Below, piece by piece: positions 19,184 to 29,712 of a stretch of 51,318 nucleotides of DNA. The translations under genes were made by a program, and so were the position numbers. The notes beneath the pieces were generated by a model. That model was not told the DNA's origin, did no database searches, and saw nothing but the letters and a program-made list of their open reading frames with translations. This stretch comes from Actinomycetota bacterium. GTDB lineage: Bacteria; Actinomycetota; Actinomycetes; Nanopelagicales; Nanopelagicaceae. The stretch spans positions 1-51,318 of the forward strand of contig JAPLBL010000033.1 of the NCBI GenBank assembly GCA_026392765.1. Direction: 5' to 3'. Positions within the stretch are counted from its first letter, which is position 1; every line of letters begins with the position of its first letter.

Positions 19184-19951
19184 ATGGCTAAAGAGATAAA
19201 CGCAGGATCAATTCGTCGCTACAACCTCATTGCAGGTTTCTTCCACCTTGCACAGATGATTGCAGTTCTAGCACTTGCTAATGACTTCACGCTACCGATC
19301 GTGGCTCGCTATATGGCAGGGCCTCCAGGAAGCGTCTTTGCCGATCCCATCACTTTGCTTGAAGCACCCATCGGTCTGACTGTTGCAATCTTTCTAGGAC
19401 TCTCAGCCTTCTTCCATTTCTTAGTTGCAAGTCCACAATTCTTTAGCCGCTATAGCGCAGGCCTTGCAGCTCATCGCAACTACTTCCGTTGGGTTGAATA
19501 CTCAATTAGCTCATCAGTAATGATTGTTCTCATTGCGCTCATTACTGGCGTCTCCGATGTTGTTGCCATCATCTGTCTCTTTGGTGTGAATGCATCGATG
19601 ATTCTCTTCGGCTGGCTTCAGGAAAAGTATGAGCAGCCAGGCAATGGTGGATGGCTTCCATTTATCTTTGGTTGCATCGCGGGCGCAGTTCCATGGATTG
19701 CACTCTTGTTCTATGTCTTAGCTGTCGGAGGACCAGGCGATACGAAAGCACCAGCATTTGTCTATGGAATCATCTTCTCAATCTTTTTCTTCTTCAACAC
19801 CTTTGCAATCGTGCAATATCTGCAATACAAGAAAGTCGGTAAGTGGTCTGACTATCTACGGGGAGAAAAGACTTACATCACGCTCTCTTTGGTTGCTAAA
19901 TCTGCACTCGCATGGCAGATCTTCTCGGGGACCTTGATTCCACCCCAATAA
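19184..19951 (+). CDS. heliorhodopsin (HeR)
   Basis: 255 aa with 7 TMs. H21 in TM1, GPPG beta-hairpin loop, H78 in TM2, NYFRWVEYSISSSVM with R102 and E105, MILFGWLQE, and YITLSLVAKSALAWQ with retinal-binding K239. Confidence 0.96.
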   Translation: MAKEINAGSIRRYNLIAGFFHLAQMIAVLALANDFTLPIVARYMAGPPGSVFADPITLLEAPIGLTVAIFLGLSAFFHFLVASPQFFSRYSAGLAAHRNYFRWVEYSISSSVMIVLIALITGVSDVVAIICLFGVNASMILFGWLQEKYEQPGNGGWLPFIFGCIAGAVPWIALLFYVLAVGGPGDTKAPAFVYGIIFSIFFFFNTFAIVQYLQYKKVGKWSDYLRGEKTYITLSLVAKSALAWQIFSGTLIPPQ

Positions 19952-19996
19952 GGCACCTTGATTAGATAAGCGCTCTCGCGCTATTCTGTAGCCACT

Positions 19997-20041
19997 ATGA
20001 AGCTCCGCGGACTCCTCCTTATCCGCCGTAGCGAGGCCTAA
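19997..20041 (+). CDS. leucine attenuation leader peptide MKLRGLLLIRRSEA
   Basis: 14-codon ORF with CTC CTC CTT Leu run, ending 78 nt upstream of leuA. Confidence 0.8.
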   Translation: MKLRGLLLIRRSEA

Positions 20042-20119
20042 CAACCGGTCTCCTCGCTGCGGAGTTTGGTGTTGCCGGTAAACACCTTCGGTTAACCAAA
20101 CAAATTAGGAGCTAAGTAA
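19997..20119 (+). promoter_or_regulatory. LEU element (leuA attenuator)
   Basis: Mutually exclusive pairings 20026-20036 with 20052-20062, or 20002-20010 with 20057-20065. The Leu codons CTCCT are complementary to the SD AGGAG at 20107-20111. Confidence 0.75.
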
Positions 20120-21835
<1,716 letters not shown>

Positions 21836-21849
21836 CTATCGTACGCAGT

Positions 21850-22596
21850 ATGTCTGCTCATCAATCCAAGCTCTATCGTGATGAGGCAATCATTTTGCGC
21901 ACGCAAAAGCTTGGTGAAGCAGATCGCATCATCACCCTGCTGACAAAAGAGCACGGTCGTATTCGAGGCGTTGCAAAGGGCGTTCGTCGCACTATGTCTA
22001 AATTCGGTGCGCGTCTTGAACCCGGTAGCCATGTCGATATTCAGATGCACTCAGGCAAGACCTTTGACACCATCACACAGGTTGAAGCGATTATGAATTA
22101 CGGTGAAGCACTCACCGATGATTACCAGCGCTGGACGATTGCTCACGCCATCCTTGAAACTGCTGAGCGCTTTACACAACAAGAGGAAGAACCAGCTCCT
22201 CAAGAATTTCAGTTAGTAGTTGGCGGTATGAAAGCACTTGCAGAGAAGAGATTTGATTCATCCCTAATCCTTGATGCATTCTTACTGCGATCACTATCTA
22301 TCGGTGGATATGAACCTTCGATGACTTCATGCTCTCGCTGTGAAAAGGCTGGTCCTCACCGTTACTTCTCATTGGTTGGCGGTGGATCAGTCTGTATGGA
22401 TTGCAGGCCATCAGCATCGGCGACAGCATCTGTGGAGGCGCTCGAATTAATGCAGGCGCTGCTTAAAGGTGATTGGGAGACGGCAGAAAAAAGCGAACAT
22501 CGTCATCGCCGAGAGGCTAGTGGTTTGGTAACTGCTTACCTACAATGGCACCTTGAACGCGGACTACGAAGTTTGCCGATGGTCGAGAGGGCTTAG
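21850..22596 (+). CDS. recO: DNA repair protein RecO
   Basis: LRTQKLGEADRI, VAKGVRRTMSKFGARLEP, zinc finger CSRC...CMDC. Confidence 0.95.
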   Translation: MSAHQSKLYRDEAIILRTQKLGEADRIITLLTKEHGRIRGVAKGVRRTMSKFGARLEPGSHVDIQMHSGKTFDTITQVEAIMNYGEALTDDYQRWTIAHAILETAERFTQQEEEPAPQEFQLVVGGMKALAEKRFDSSLILDAFLLRSLSIGGYEPSMTSCSRCEKAGPHRYFSLVGGGSVCMDCRPSASATASVEALELMQALLKGDWETAEKSEHRHRREASGLVTAYLQWHLERGLRSLPMVERA

Positions 22597-22606
22597 TTAG
22601 ATATAT

Positions 22607-23317
22607 ATGGCTAAGAAGATTGAGATTCCCCAACACATCGCAATTGTGATGGATGGAAATGGGCGCTGGGCTAAAGAGCGCGGATTACCTCGCACAGCAG
22701 GTCATCAAGCTGGTGAGAAAGTTCTCTTCGATATCGTTGAAGCTGCGATTGATTTCGGTGTGAAGGAAATTAGCGCATATGCATTCTCAACAGAGAATTG
22801 GAAGCGCAGCCCTGAAGAGGTGAAGTTCTTGATGGGCTATAGCCGCGAGATGCTGCGCACCCGACGTGATCGCCTCAATGAGATGGGCGTGAAGATCAAT
22901 TGGCTGGGTCGCCCGCAGCGACTATGGAAATCAGTGATTTCTGAACTTGAAGAGGCGCAAGAGCTGACGAAGAAGAATAAGAAGCTCACTCTCAATATGT
23001 GTGTGAACTATGGGGGCCGCGCTGAGATTGTTGATGCAGCAGCTGAATTAGCTCGTGATGTGAAGCGAGGCAAAGTAAAGGCAGATGCAATAACGGAGAA
23101 GACTTTAGAGAAGTATCTCTACTCACCCAAGATGCGCGATGTCGATATGTTCCTGCGATCATCTGGTGAGCAGCGCACCAGCAACTTCTTGCCGTGGCAA
23201 TCTTCTTATGCTGAATTCGTCTTTATGGATGTTCTGTGGCCAGATATGACGCCAAAGTTATTGTGGAAAGCGATTGAGATTTATTCAGAGCGTGAAAGAC
23301 GGTTTGGAAGCGCTTAA
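22607..23317 (+). CDS. uppS: cis-prenyltransferase (undecaprenyl/decaprenyl diphosphate synthase)
   Basis: [43 protein letters not shown]. Confidence 0.95.
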   Translation: MAKKIEIPQHIAIVMDGNGRWAKERGLPRTAGHQAGEKVLFDIVEAAIDFGVKEISAYAFSTENWKRSPEEVKFLMGYSREMLRTRRDRLNEMGVKINWLGRPQRLWKSVISELEEAQELTKKNKKLTLNMCVNYGGRAEIVDAAAELARDVKRGKVKADAITEKTLEKYLYSPKMRDVDMFLRSSGEQRTSNFLPWQSSYAEFVFMDVLWPDMTPKLLWKAIEIYSERERRFGSA

Positions 23318-23781
23318 TTGAGCTTTGCATAGCTCGCGCCAAGTGCTGCGACGGTAAAAATCCAGATTTGGTAGGGGATGAGTGCAATCCCAACTTTGAT
23401 TGATTGCGAGAATGTCATTGCAAGAATTGGAATGGTAAGAATCGCTGTTACCAGGAGTGAAAAAGCTGCTCGATTTAAATCGTGGACTTCATAGAAGAGA
23501 TAGGACCAGCGCAGAGCAGTAAAGACGCTAGTTGCGAAGAGGGATAGAGCTATGGCGACAACTACAGGAGATGCTTTTGATGCGATTGTGTAGAGGGCAA
23601 TTCCAATGACGATGAAGTTGTAGGGCCAGATCAATCCAATGACGACGCTAGGTGGCTGCCACCATGGTTGATTCAGTGATTGATACCAACCGTCCTGCTT
23701 GTTCCAATAGTTGGCGCCACCCGCATAGACAAGAACACATGCAATTCCTATGACAGCGCTGATGGTTCGCCAGAGACTCAT
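23314..23781 (-). CDS. TspO/MBR family protein
   Basis: [26 protein letters not shown], 5 TMs, ends LN. Confidence 0.88.
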   Translation of the reverse strand: MSLWRTISAVIGIACVLVYAGGANYWNKQDGWYQSLNQPWWQPPSVVIGLIWPYNFIVIGIALYTIASKASPVVVAIALSLFATSVFTALRWSYLFYEVHDLNRAAFSLLVTAILTIPILAMTFSQSIKVGIALIPYQIWIFTVAALGASYAKLN

Positions 23782-23799
23782 GTCGTAACTATCTCACTC

Positions 23800-24165
23800 T
23801 TAGCACTTAGCGCAGAGGCCAAAGATTTCTGCGGTGTGGCCTACTTCGCGAAAGCCATGTTCTTCAGCCATTACCTTCGCCCATTTTTCAATAGCGCCGC
23901 CTTCGATTTCAACGGTGTCACCGCAGCCTTTACAGACTAAGTGATGATGGTGGGCTTCTCCACAGAGGCGATAGATAGCCTCACCATCATCACGTCGCAA
24001 GACATCGACAACTTTGTCATTGACCAAGCTCTGCAACGAGCGATAGACAGTGGTCAGGCCAATGCTTTCGCCTTCTCGTTGCATGAGTCTGTAAACCTCT
24101 TGTGCGCTAGCAAATCCGCCGGCGCGCTCGAGAGTACTTAGGACTCGTGGGTTTGATCGAGACAC
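23800..24165 (-). CDS. zur: Fur family zinc uptake regulator
   Basis: FASAQE, IGLTTVYRSL, HHHHLVCKGCG, C-terminal GLCAKC. GTG start 2 nt after the ZIP stop; Zur box upstream of the operon. Confidence 0.88.
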   Translation of the reverse strand: MSRSNPRVLSTLERAGGFASAQEVYRLMQREGESIGLTTVYRSLQSLVNDKVVDVLRRDDGEAIYRLCGEAHHHHLVCKGCGDTVEIEGGAIEKWAKVMAEEHGFREVGHTAEIFGLCAKC

Positions 24166-24167
24166 TT

Positions 24168-24917
24168 TTATTCCATGCCGTGCAGGAATCCGACAAGTGA
24201 CCACATAACAAGTACGCCAAGTATTGTTGCCATGATCGTGTATCGGGATTTATGTCGTGAATGTGCTTCAGGCAAGATATGAGAAGTTGCAAGGTAGATA
24301 ACAATTCCTGCAAAGAGTGCTAAGTAAAGTCCAACAAAGTTATCGTTGACTGCAAAGCTAGAACCAAGTGCAGCACCGCTAATTCGTGCAACTGCATCTA
24401 CACCAAGTAGCCAGACGCTCTTCTTGCCCCAAGAACCGCTCTTGATCAAGAATGAAACCGTATTGAGCCCATCTGAGAATGCGTGGACGAGAAGTGCGAT
24501 AAAGACTGCGACTCCAAGATTATTGCTGACAGAGAATGCAACACCGAGTGCAACACCATCGAGGAATACGTGACCACCCATTGCAAGTGCGCCAAAGGCT
24601 CCTGCAATGCTGGAGGTATGGTCATGGTCATGGCCGTAATCTGATTCGGCAGGTTCATGGGAACCAAAGATTTGCTCGTAGAAGTGAAGGAGTAAGAAAC
24701 CTGCAACAAGTGCAATTGAGGCAGCAGGTGCATGGAGAAATTCTTGAGTATTAAGTTCAAAGATTTCAGGGAGAAGATCGAAGGCAACAAGTCCGAGAAG
24801 CAGGCCAGCTGAGAGCCCCAGCACTAGGTGGAGGCGATCTTTTGATCTAATTGCTAGATATCCGCCTGTGGTTGTTGCGATTGCAGTCGATGCTGCCAAG
24901 ATGATTGCGATGTTCAT
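24168..24917 (-). CDS. ZIP family metal (zinc) transporter
   Basis: SAGLLLG, His-rich loop HDHDH, HVFLDG and HAFSDG transport sites, HILPEAH. Confidence 0.92.
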   Translation of the reverse strand: MNIAIILAASTAIATTTGGYLAIRSKDRLHLVLGLSAGLLLGLVAFDLLPEIFELNTQEFLHAPAASIALVAGFLLLHFYEQIFGSHEPAESDYGHDHDHTSSIAGAFGALAMGGHVFLDGVALGVAFSVSNNLGVAVFIALLVHAFSDGLNTVSFLIKSGSWGKKSVWLLGVDAVARISGAALGSSFAVNDNFVGLYLALFAGIVIYLATSHILPEAHSRHKSRYTIMATILGVLVMWSLVGFLHGME

Positions 24918-24936
24918 CGCCAGACCGTATCACAGA

Positions 24937-24951
24937 TGAAAATGATTTTCA
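24937..24951. promoter_or_regulatory. Zur box
   Basis: Perfect 7-1-7 palindrome TGAAAAT-G-ATTTTCA, matching the Streptomyces Zur consensus, just upstream of the ZIP -10 (TACGGT, 24929-24924). Confidence 0.88.
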
Positions 24952-24982
24952 TTTCCATAGCCCAGCGCCCTAGGCTCACCTC

Positions 24983-25252
24983 ATGATCGCCATCGCAAGA
25001 TTTAATGTTCCTATGAGTGAATCGGCCTCATTTCGCGCAGAGATTGAGCTAGCGCGCGATGTCTTGGCCCAAGCTGCCGGATATCTCTCAGGCACGGTCG
25101 GCCAGAATCTTGATGAGCCAACGCTCTGGGTCTTAAGTACTGAATGGGAGAACGTGGGCTCATATCGCAGAGCTTTAAGTTCTACGCGCGCAAAGTTAGA
25201 AGCCATTCCAGTCTTGGCTCGCGCGATCGATGAGCCCGGAGCCTACGAGTAA
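24983..25252 (+). CDS. antibiotic biosynthesis monooxygenase (ABM) domain protein
   Basis: Ferredoxin-like 89 aa, GQNLDEPTLWVLSTEWENVGSYRRALSS; typical actinobacterial glyQS neighbour. Confidence 0.8.
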   Translation: MIAIARFNVPMSESASFRAEIELARDVLAQAAGYLSGTVGQNLDEPTLWVLSTEWENVGSYRRALSSTRAKLEAIPVLARAIDEPGAYE

Positions 25253-25315
25253 ACTAAGAACACGATTGCAACGTCCGTTGTTATTCGCCGACAGCCAGCC
25301 GGATGGAGATTTGAA

Positions 25316-26695
25316 ATGGCCGTAGACCGTTTAGAAAATATTGTTTCGCTCTCAAAGCGTCGTGGATTTGTATTCCCCTCATCAGAAATTTATGGAGGCC
25401 TTCGCGCTTCTTGGGATTACGGTCCACTCGGCGTTGAACTCAAAAACAACGTCAAGCGCCAGTGGTGGAAATCCATGGTGATGGGCCGCGAAGATGTTGT
25501 CGGTATCGACTCATCAGTGATCTTGGCTCGTGAAGTCTGGGAAGCATCAGGACATGTTGCAACATTTAGCGATCCTCTTACCGAATGCACTTCCTGCCAT
25601 AAGCGTTATCGCGCAGATCATTTAGAGGAAGCATATGAAGCAAAGCATGGAAAGGCGCCAGCATCTCTTGCAGATGTGAACTGCCCTGCCTGCGGCAATA
25701 AAGGCCAATTCACAACACCAAAGCAGTTCTCAGGTCTGCTCAAGACATTCCTCGGACCAGTCGAAGATGAATCAGGACTTGCATACCTTCGCCCAGAGAC
25801 TGCGCAAGGAATCTTTATCAACTTTGATCAGGTAATGACAACATCACGCAAGAAGCCACCCTTTGGTATTGGCCAGATTGGTAAATCTTTCCGTAATGAA
25901 ATTACGCCAGGAAACTTCATCTTCCGTACTCGTGAATTCGAGCAGATGGAGATGGAGTTCTTTGTAGTTCCAGGAACTGATGAAGAGTGGCACCAATATT
26001 GGATTGATACCCGTCTTGCTTGGTATAAAGATCTAGGAATAAATCCAGATCGCCTTCGTATCTATGATCATCCAAAAGAGAAGCTATCGCACTACTCAAA
26101 GCGCACAGCAGATATCGAATACAAGTTTGAATTTAATGGCACCGAATGGGGCGAGCTCGAAGGTATTGCAAACCGTACTGACTTCGACCTGAAGGCTCAC
26201 TCAGCAGCATCCGGAAAAGACTTGTCTTACTTTGATCAAGAGAAGAATGAACGCTGGACACCATTTGTGATTGAACCTGCAGCAGGAGTAGATCGTTGCA
26301 CGCTCACATTCATGATGGATGCCTACACAGAAGATGAAGCACCGAATGCAAAGGGTGAGATGGAAAAGCGCGCTGTGATGAAGTTCGATCACCGCCTAGC
26401 ACCTGTCAAAGCTGCAGTTCTTCCACTTTCTCGTAATGCTGACCTTTCACCGAAGGCTCGCGATCTTGCAGCTCAACTGCGTAAGAATTGGAATATTGAT
26501 TTCGATGATTCAGGTGCGATTGGCCGTCGTTATCGTCGCCAAGATGAAATCGGTACTCCCTACTGCATCACTATCGACTTCGAAACTTTGGAAGATCAAG
26601 CAGTGACCATTCGCGATCGCGACACAATGGCGCAAGAGCGCATTGGAATTGATCAGGTAGAAGCATGGCTAGCGCCACGTCTACTCGGCTGCTAG
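25316..26695 (+). CDS. glyQS: glycine--tRNA ligase (homodimeric type)
   Basis: [51 protein letters not shown]. Confidence 0.97.
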   Translation: MAVDRLENIVSLSKRRGFVFPSSEIYGGLRASWDYGPLGVELKNNVKRQWWKSMVMGREDVVGIDSSVILAREVWEASGHVATFSDPLTECTSCHKRYRADHLEEAYEAKHGKAPASLADVNCPACGNKGQFTTPKQFSGLLKTFLGPVEDESGLAYLRPETAQGIFINFDQVMTTSRKKPPFGIGQIGKSFRNEITPGNFIFRTREFEQMEMEFFVVPGTDEEWHQYWIDTRLAWYKDLGINPDRLRIYDHPKEKLSHYSKRTADIEYKFEFNGTEWGELEGIANRTDFDLKAHSAASGKDLSYFDQEKNERWTPFVIEPAAGVDRCTLTFMMDAYTEDEAPNAKGEMEKRAVMKFDHRLAPVKAAVLPLSRNADLSPKARDLAAQLRKNWNIDFDDSGAIGRRYRRQDEIGTPYCITIDFETLEDQAVTIRDRDTMAQERIGIDQVEAWLAPRLLGC

Positions 26696-27831
26696 CACCG
26701 CTTCAACTCCCGCTCAAAGATGGAGTCCATTTAGTAGACCCACCTGTAGTTCTTGCACCGATGGCAGGAATTACCAATGCAGCATTTCGCATGCTCTGCC
26801 GCGAACAAGGTGCTGGTCTCTTTGTCTCTGAGATGGTGACAGCTCGCGCGCTACTAGAGCGCATTCCAGAAACTTTGCGCATGATCGAACCTGGTGCTGG
26901 TGAGTGGCCACGATCTGTGCAGCTCTATAGCGTTGATCCTCACCATATGGGGGAGGCGGTGAAGATGATTGGTCGCGAGAATTTAGCCGACCATATCGAT
27001 ATGAATTTTGGTTGCCCAGTTCCTAAGGTGACGCGCAAAGGTGGGGGAGCAGCGCTACCTTTTAAGCGCAATCTCTTCCGCGAGATTGTCAAAGCTGCAG
27101 TAGAGAATGCAAAGCCATATGGAATTCCTGTCACCGTCAAGATGCGCATTGGCATCGACACAGATCACCACACATATTTAGAGGCGGCAAAGTCGGCTGC
27201 AGATCTTGGTGTTGCATGGGTTGCACTGCATGCACGAACTGCGCAGCAGATGTATGAAGGAAAAGCAGATTGGTCTGCAATTAAGAATCTTGTAGAGCAC
27301 CTGAAACCAACAGGAGTTCCTGTTCTTGGCAATGGTGATATCTGGTCTGGCGCAGATGGTGTTGAGATGGTGCGCCAAACAGGGTGTGCTGGTGTTGTTG
27401 TGGGCCGCGGGTGCCTCGGGCGTCCATGGTTATTTGCAGACTTAGTTGATGCATTTAACGGTGGAGATAAGCGCGTATTGCCTACTTTGCATGAAGTGCG
27501 CGAAGTGATGTTCCGCCATGGCGAGCTCATCGTTGATTACTTTGAATCTGAAGATCGTGGATGTCGAGACCTACGTAAACATATGGCTTGGTATCTCAAG
27601 GGATTTAGTGTTCATTCAGAGTTGCGTCGCCAATTTGGCATGGTGGGTTCCCTTACAGAACTTCGCTCACTTCTTGATCAACTCGATGATCAGCCATATC
27701 CAGTTGAGATAGGGGATAAACCACGTGGTCGCACAAGTAGTGGTCGCCCACCAACTCTGCCTGATGGTTGGCTCAATGATCCCGATGAAATGATTACTCT
27801 CGATGTTGAAGATATGTTCTCGGGTGGTTAA
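26665..27831 (+). CDS. dusB: tRNA-dihydrouridine synthase
   Basis: [36 protein letters not shown]. Confidence 0.93.
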   Translation: MASATSTRLLAPLQLPLKDGVHLVDPPVVLAPMAGITNAAFRMLCREQGAGLFVSEMVTARALLERIPETLRMIEPGAGEWPRSVQLYSVDPHHMGEAVKMIGRENLADHIDMNFGCPVPKVTRKGGGAALPFKRNLFREIVKAAVENAKPYGIPVTVKMRIGIDTDHHTYLEAAKSAADLGVAWVALHARTAQQMYEGKADWSAIKNLVEHLKPTGVPVLGNGDIWSGADGVEMVRQTGCAGVVVGRGCLGRPWLFADLVDAFNGGDKRVLPTLHEVREVMFRHGELIVDYFESEDRGCRDLRKHMAWYLKGFSVHSELRRQFGMVGSLTELRSLLDQLDDQPYPVEIGDKPRGRTSSGRPPTLPDGWLNDPDEMITLDVEDMFSGG

Positions 27832-28490
27832 TGTTTAAATTAATTCGCCGAGTTATCTCACTCATCCTTGTAGTCATCGTCATTATTCCAACGTATGCAC
27901 TCTTTGTGACATGGAATTCTGCGAAGAATCCATCTTTTCGCACATCAGCTGAAGTCATTGTGGTTCCAGGTGCTGCGCAACTAGATGGTGCTCCCGGTGA
28001 AGTACTGCTGGCTCGATTAATTGAAGCAAAGAGATTACGAGATAAAGGTTATGCGCCCTTCATTATTACCGTCGGCGCAGGTGCTCCAGGAGATCGCACA
28101 ACTGAGGCTGCTGCAGGAAAGTATTGGCTTACCCGTCACGGTATTGCAAAGAGCAGAGTGATTGCACTTCCTGTGGGCCGCGATACTTTGAGTCAGACAC
28201 GGGCATACATCAAGGAGATGCGCTCACTGAAGATTTATAACGTCATCATTGCAACTGATGCCTATCACTGCCAACGAGCAATGACGATGGCAAATGATTT
28301 AGGCGCCGTTGCGACCTGTTCACCAACGCAGAGCGGGCCTAATACTCTAGAGAATTCACGCTATCGCTATCTCATCCGTGAAGCAGGTGCCTATCTGGCA
28401 TACATCACCTTGGGACGCAGGGGCATTCACATCTCAGATCATCTGAGCAATAGTGGACTTGTAAGGTATGTGCATGAGCTCATCCAGTAA
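27831..28490 (+). CDS. YdcF/DUF218 family protein
   Basis: N-terminal TM, IVVPGAA, ARL, TEA, TDAYH..RA, REA. Confidence 0.85.
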   Translation: MFKLIRRVISLILVVIVIIPTYALFVTWNSAKNPSFRTSAEVIVVPGAAQLDGAPGEVLLARLIEAKRLRDKGYAPFIITVGAGAPGDRTTEAAAGKYWLTRHGIAKSRVIALPVGRDTLSQTRAYIKEMRSLKIYNVIIATDAYHCQRAMTMANDLGAVATCSPTQSGPNTLENSRYRYLIREAGAYLAYITLGRRGIHISDHLSNSGLVRYVHELIQ

Positions 28491-29703
28491 CTACAGCGCC
28501 ACAGATCAAGAGCGCTTCCTGGATGAACCAGCAAAGCGCCCAGGGCGCACAGAATTTATGCGCGATCGTGCACGTGTTATTCACTCGGCAGCTCTTCGCC
28601 GACTTGCTGCAAAGACTCAAGTAGCAGTTCCTTGGGAGAATGATTTCCAGCGCACCCGTCTTTCACATTCACTCGAGTGTGCACAGATTGGTCGCGAACT
28701 CGGTGAATCATTGGGCGCAGATCCGGATCTTCTTGAGACTGCATGTTTATCCCACGATATGGGCCATCCACCTTTTGGTCATAATGGTGAAGAAGCACTT
28801 GCAGAAGTTGCAGCACCGTGTGGTGGGTTTGAAGGTAATGCGCAATCATTTAGATTGCTCACTCGCATTGAAGCAAAGACTGTGGATAGCAATGGCAAGA
28901 GCCTTGGACTTAATCTGACTCGTGCATCGCTCGATGCTGCAACAAAATATCCATGGGCTCGAGCTGAGAATCCTCGTAAGTTTGGTGTGTATGACGATGA
29001 CACAGAAATCTTTCATTGGGTTCGAGAAGCAGCCCCTGCGGGCCGCAAATGTATTGAAGCCCAGATCATGGATTGGTCTGATGACTGCGCCTATTCCGTG
29101 CACGATCTAGAAGATGCAATATTTGCCGGGCAAGTCACTGTGAAGAACTTTGATAGAGATTTCGACATTCTCTATACAGAGATGGTCAGCGGTTATGGCA
29201 GTGATGCAAACAAATCAGAAGTTGAAGCAGCCCTTACGCGGCTGCAAAACCTTTCATGCTGGCCTGCAAGCTTTGATCGCACCCACCGAGCTCTTGCTCG
29301 TTTGAAAGATACGACCTCTCAACTCATCGGTCGCTTTGTATTGGCTGCAGAACTTGAAACTCGCAAAGTCCATGGAGATGGACCTCTTACTCGTTATAGC
29401 GCCAACCTTGAAATTCCACGTGAGCAGAAGATTGAAGTTGATTTCCTCAAAGCGATTGCAGGTCACTACCTGATTAATGCAGCAGCATCACAAGAGCGTT
29501 ATGCAAAGCAGCAGGTAGTCATTCATGAACTTGTGGAGATGCTCTTTGAGGCAGCCCCTAAAGAACTTGACCCCATCTTTGAAGATGATTGGAAAGTTGC
29601 TACCAATGACTCAGAGCGGCTACGCGTAGTAGTCGACCAGATTGCCAGCCTGACCGACCCCGGTGCATATGCGCTCCATGCACACCTTTCGGCGCGTCGG
29701 TAA
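28474..29703 (+). CDS. dgt: deoxyguanosinetriphosphate triphosphohydrolase
   Basis: RDRAR..HS, RRLAAKTQV, RTRLSHSLE, HDMGHPPFGHNGE, FEGNAQ. Confidence 0.95.
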   Translation: MSSSSNYSATDQERFLDEPAKRPGRTEFMRDRARVIHSAALRRLAAKTQVAVPWENDFQRTRLSHSLECAQIGRELGESLGADPDLLETACLSHDMGHPPFGHNGEEALAEVAAPCGGFEGNAQSFRLLTRIEAKTVDSNGKSLGLNLTRASLDAATKYPWARAENPRKFGVYDDDTEIFHWVREAAPAGRKCIEAQIMDWSDDCAYSVHDLEDAIFAGQVTVKNFDRDFDILYTEMVSGYGSDANKSEVEAALTRLQNLSCWPASFDRTHRALARLKDTTSQLIGRFVLAAELETRKVHGDGPLTRYSANLEIPREQKIEVDFLKAIAGHYLINAAASQERYAKQQVVIHELVEMLFEAAPKELDPIFEDDWKVATNDSERLRVVVDQIASLTDPGAYALHAHLSARR

Positions 29704-29712
29704 GGTAGGAAC

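Noticed and set aside
19184-19951. Actinorhodopsin or proteorhodopsin proton pump
   Set aside because: Lacks RYxDW and DxxxK type-1 motifs; has RWVEY and SLVAK, which are heliorhodopsin signatures.
25253-25315. T-box or glycine riboswitch before glyQS
   Set aside because: The spacer is only 63 nt, has no T-box bulge or glycine aptamer motifs, and forms only a weak hairpin.
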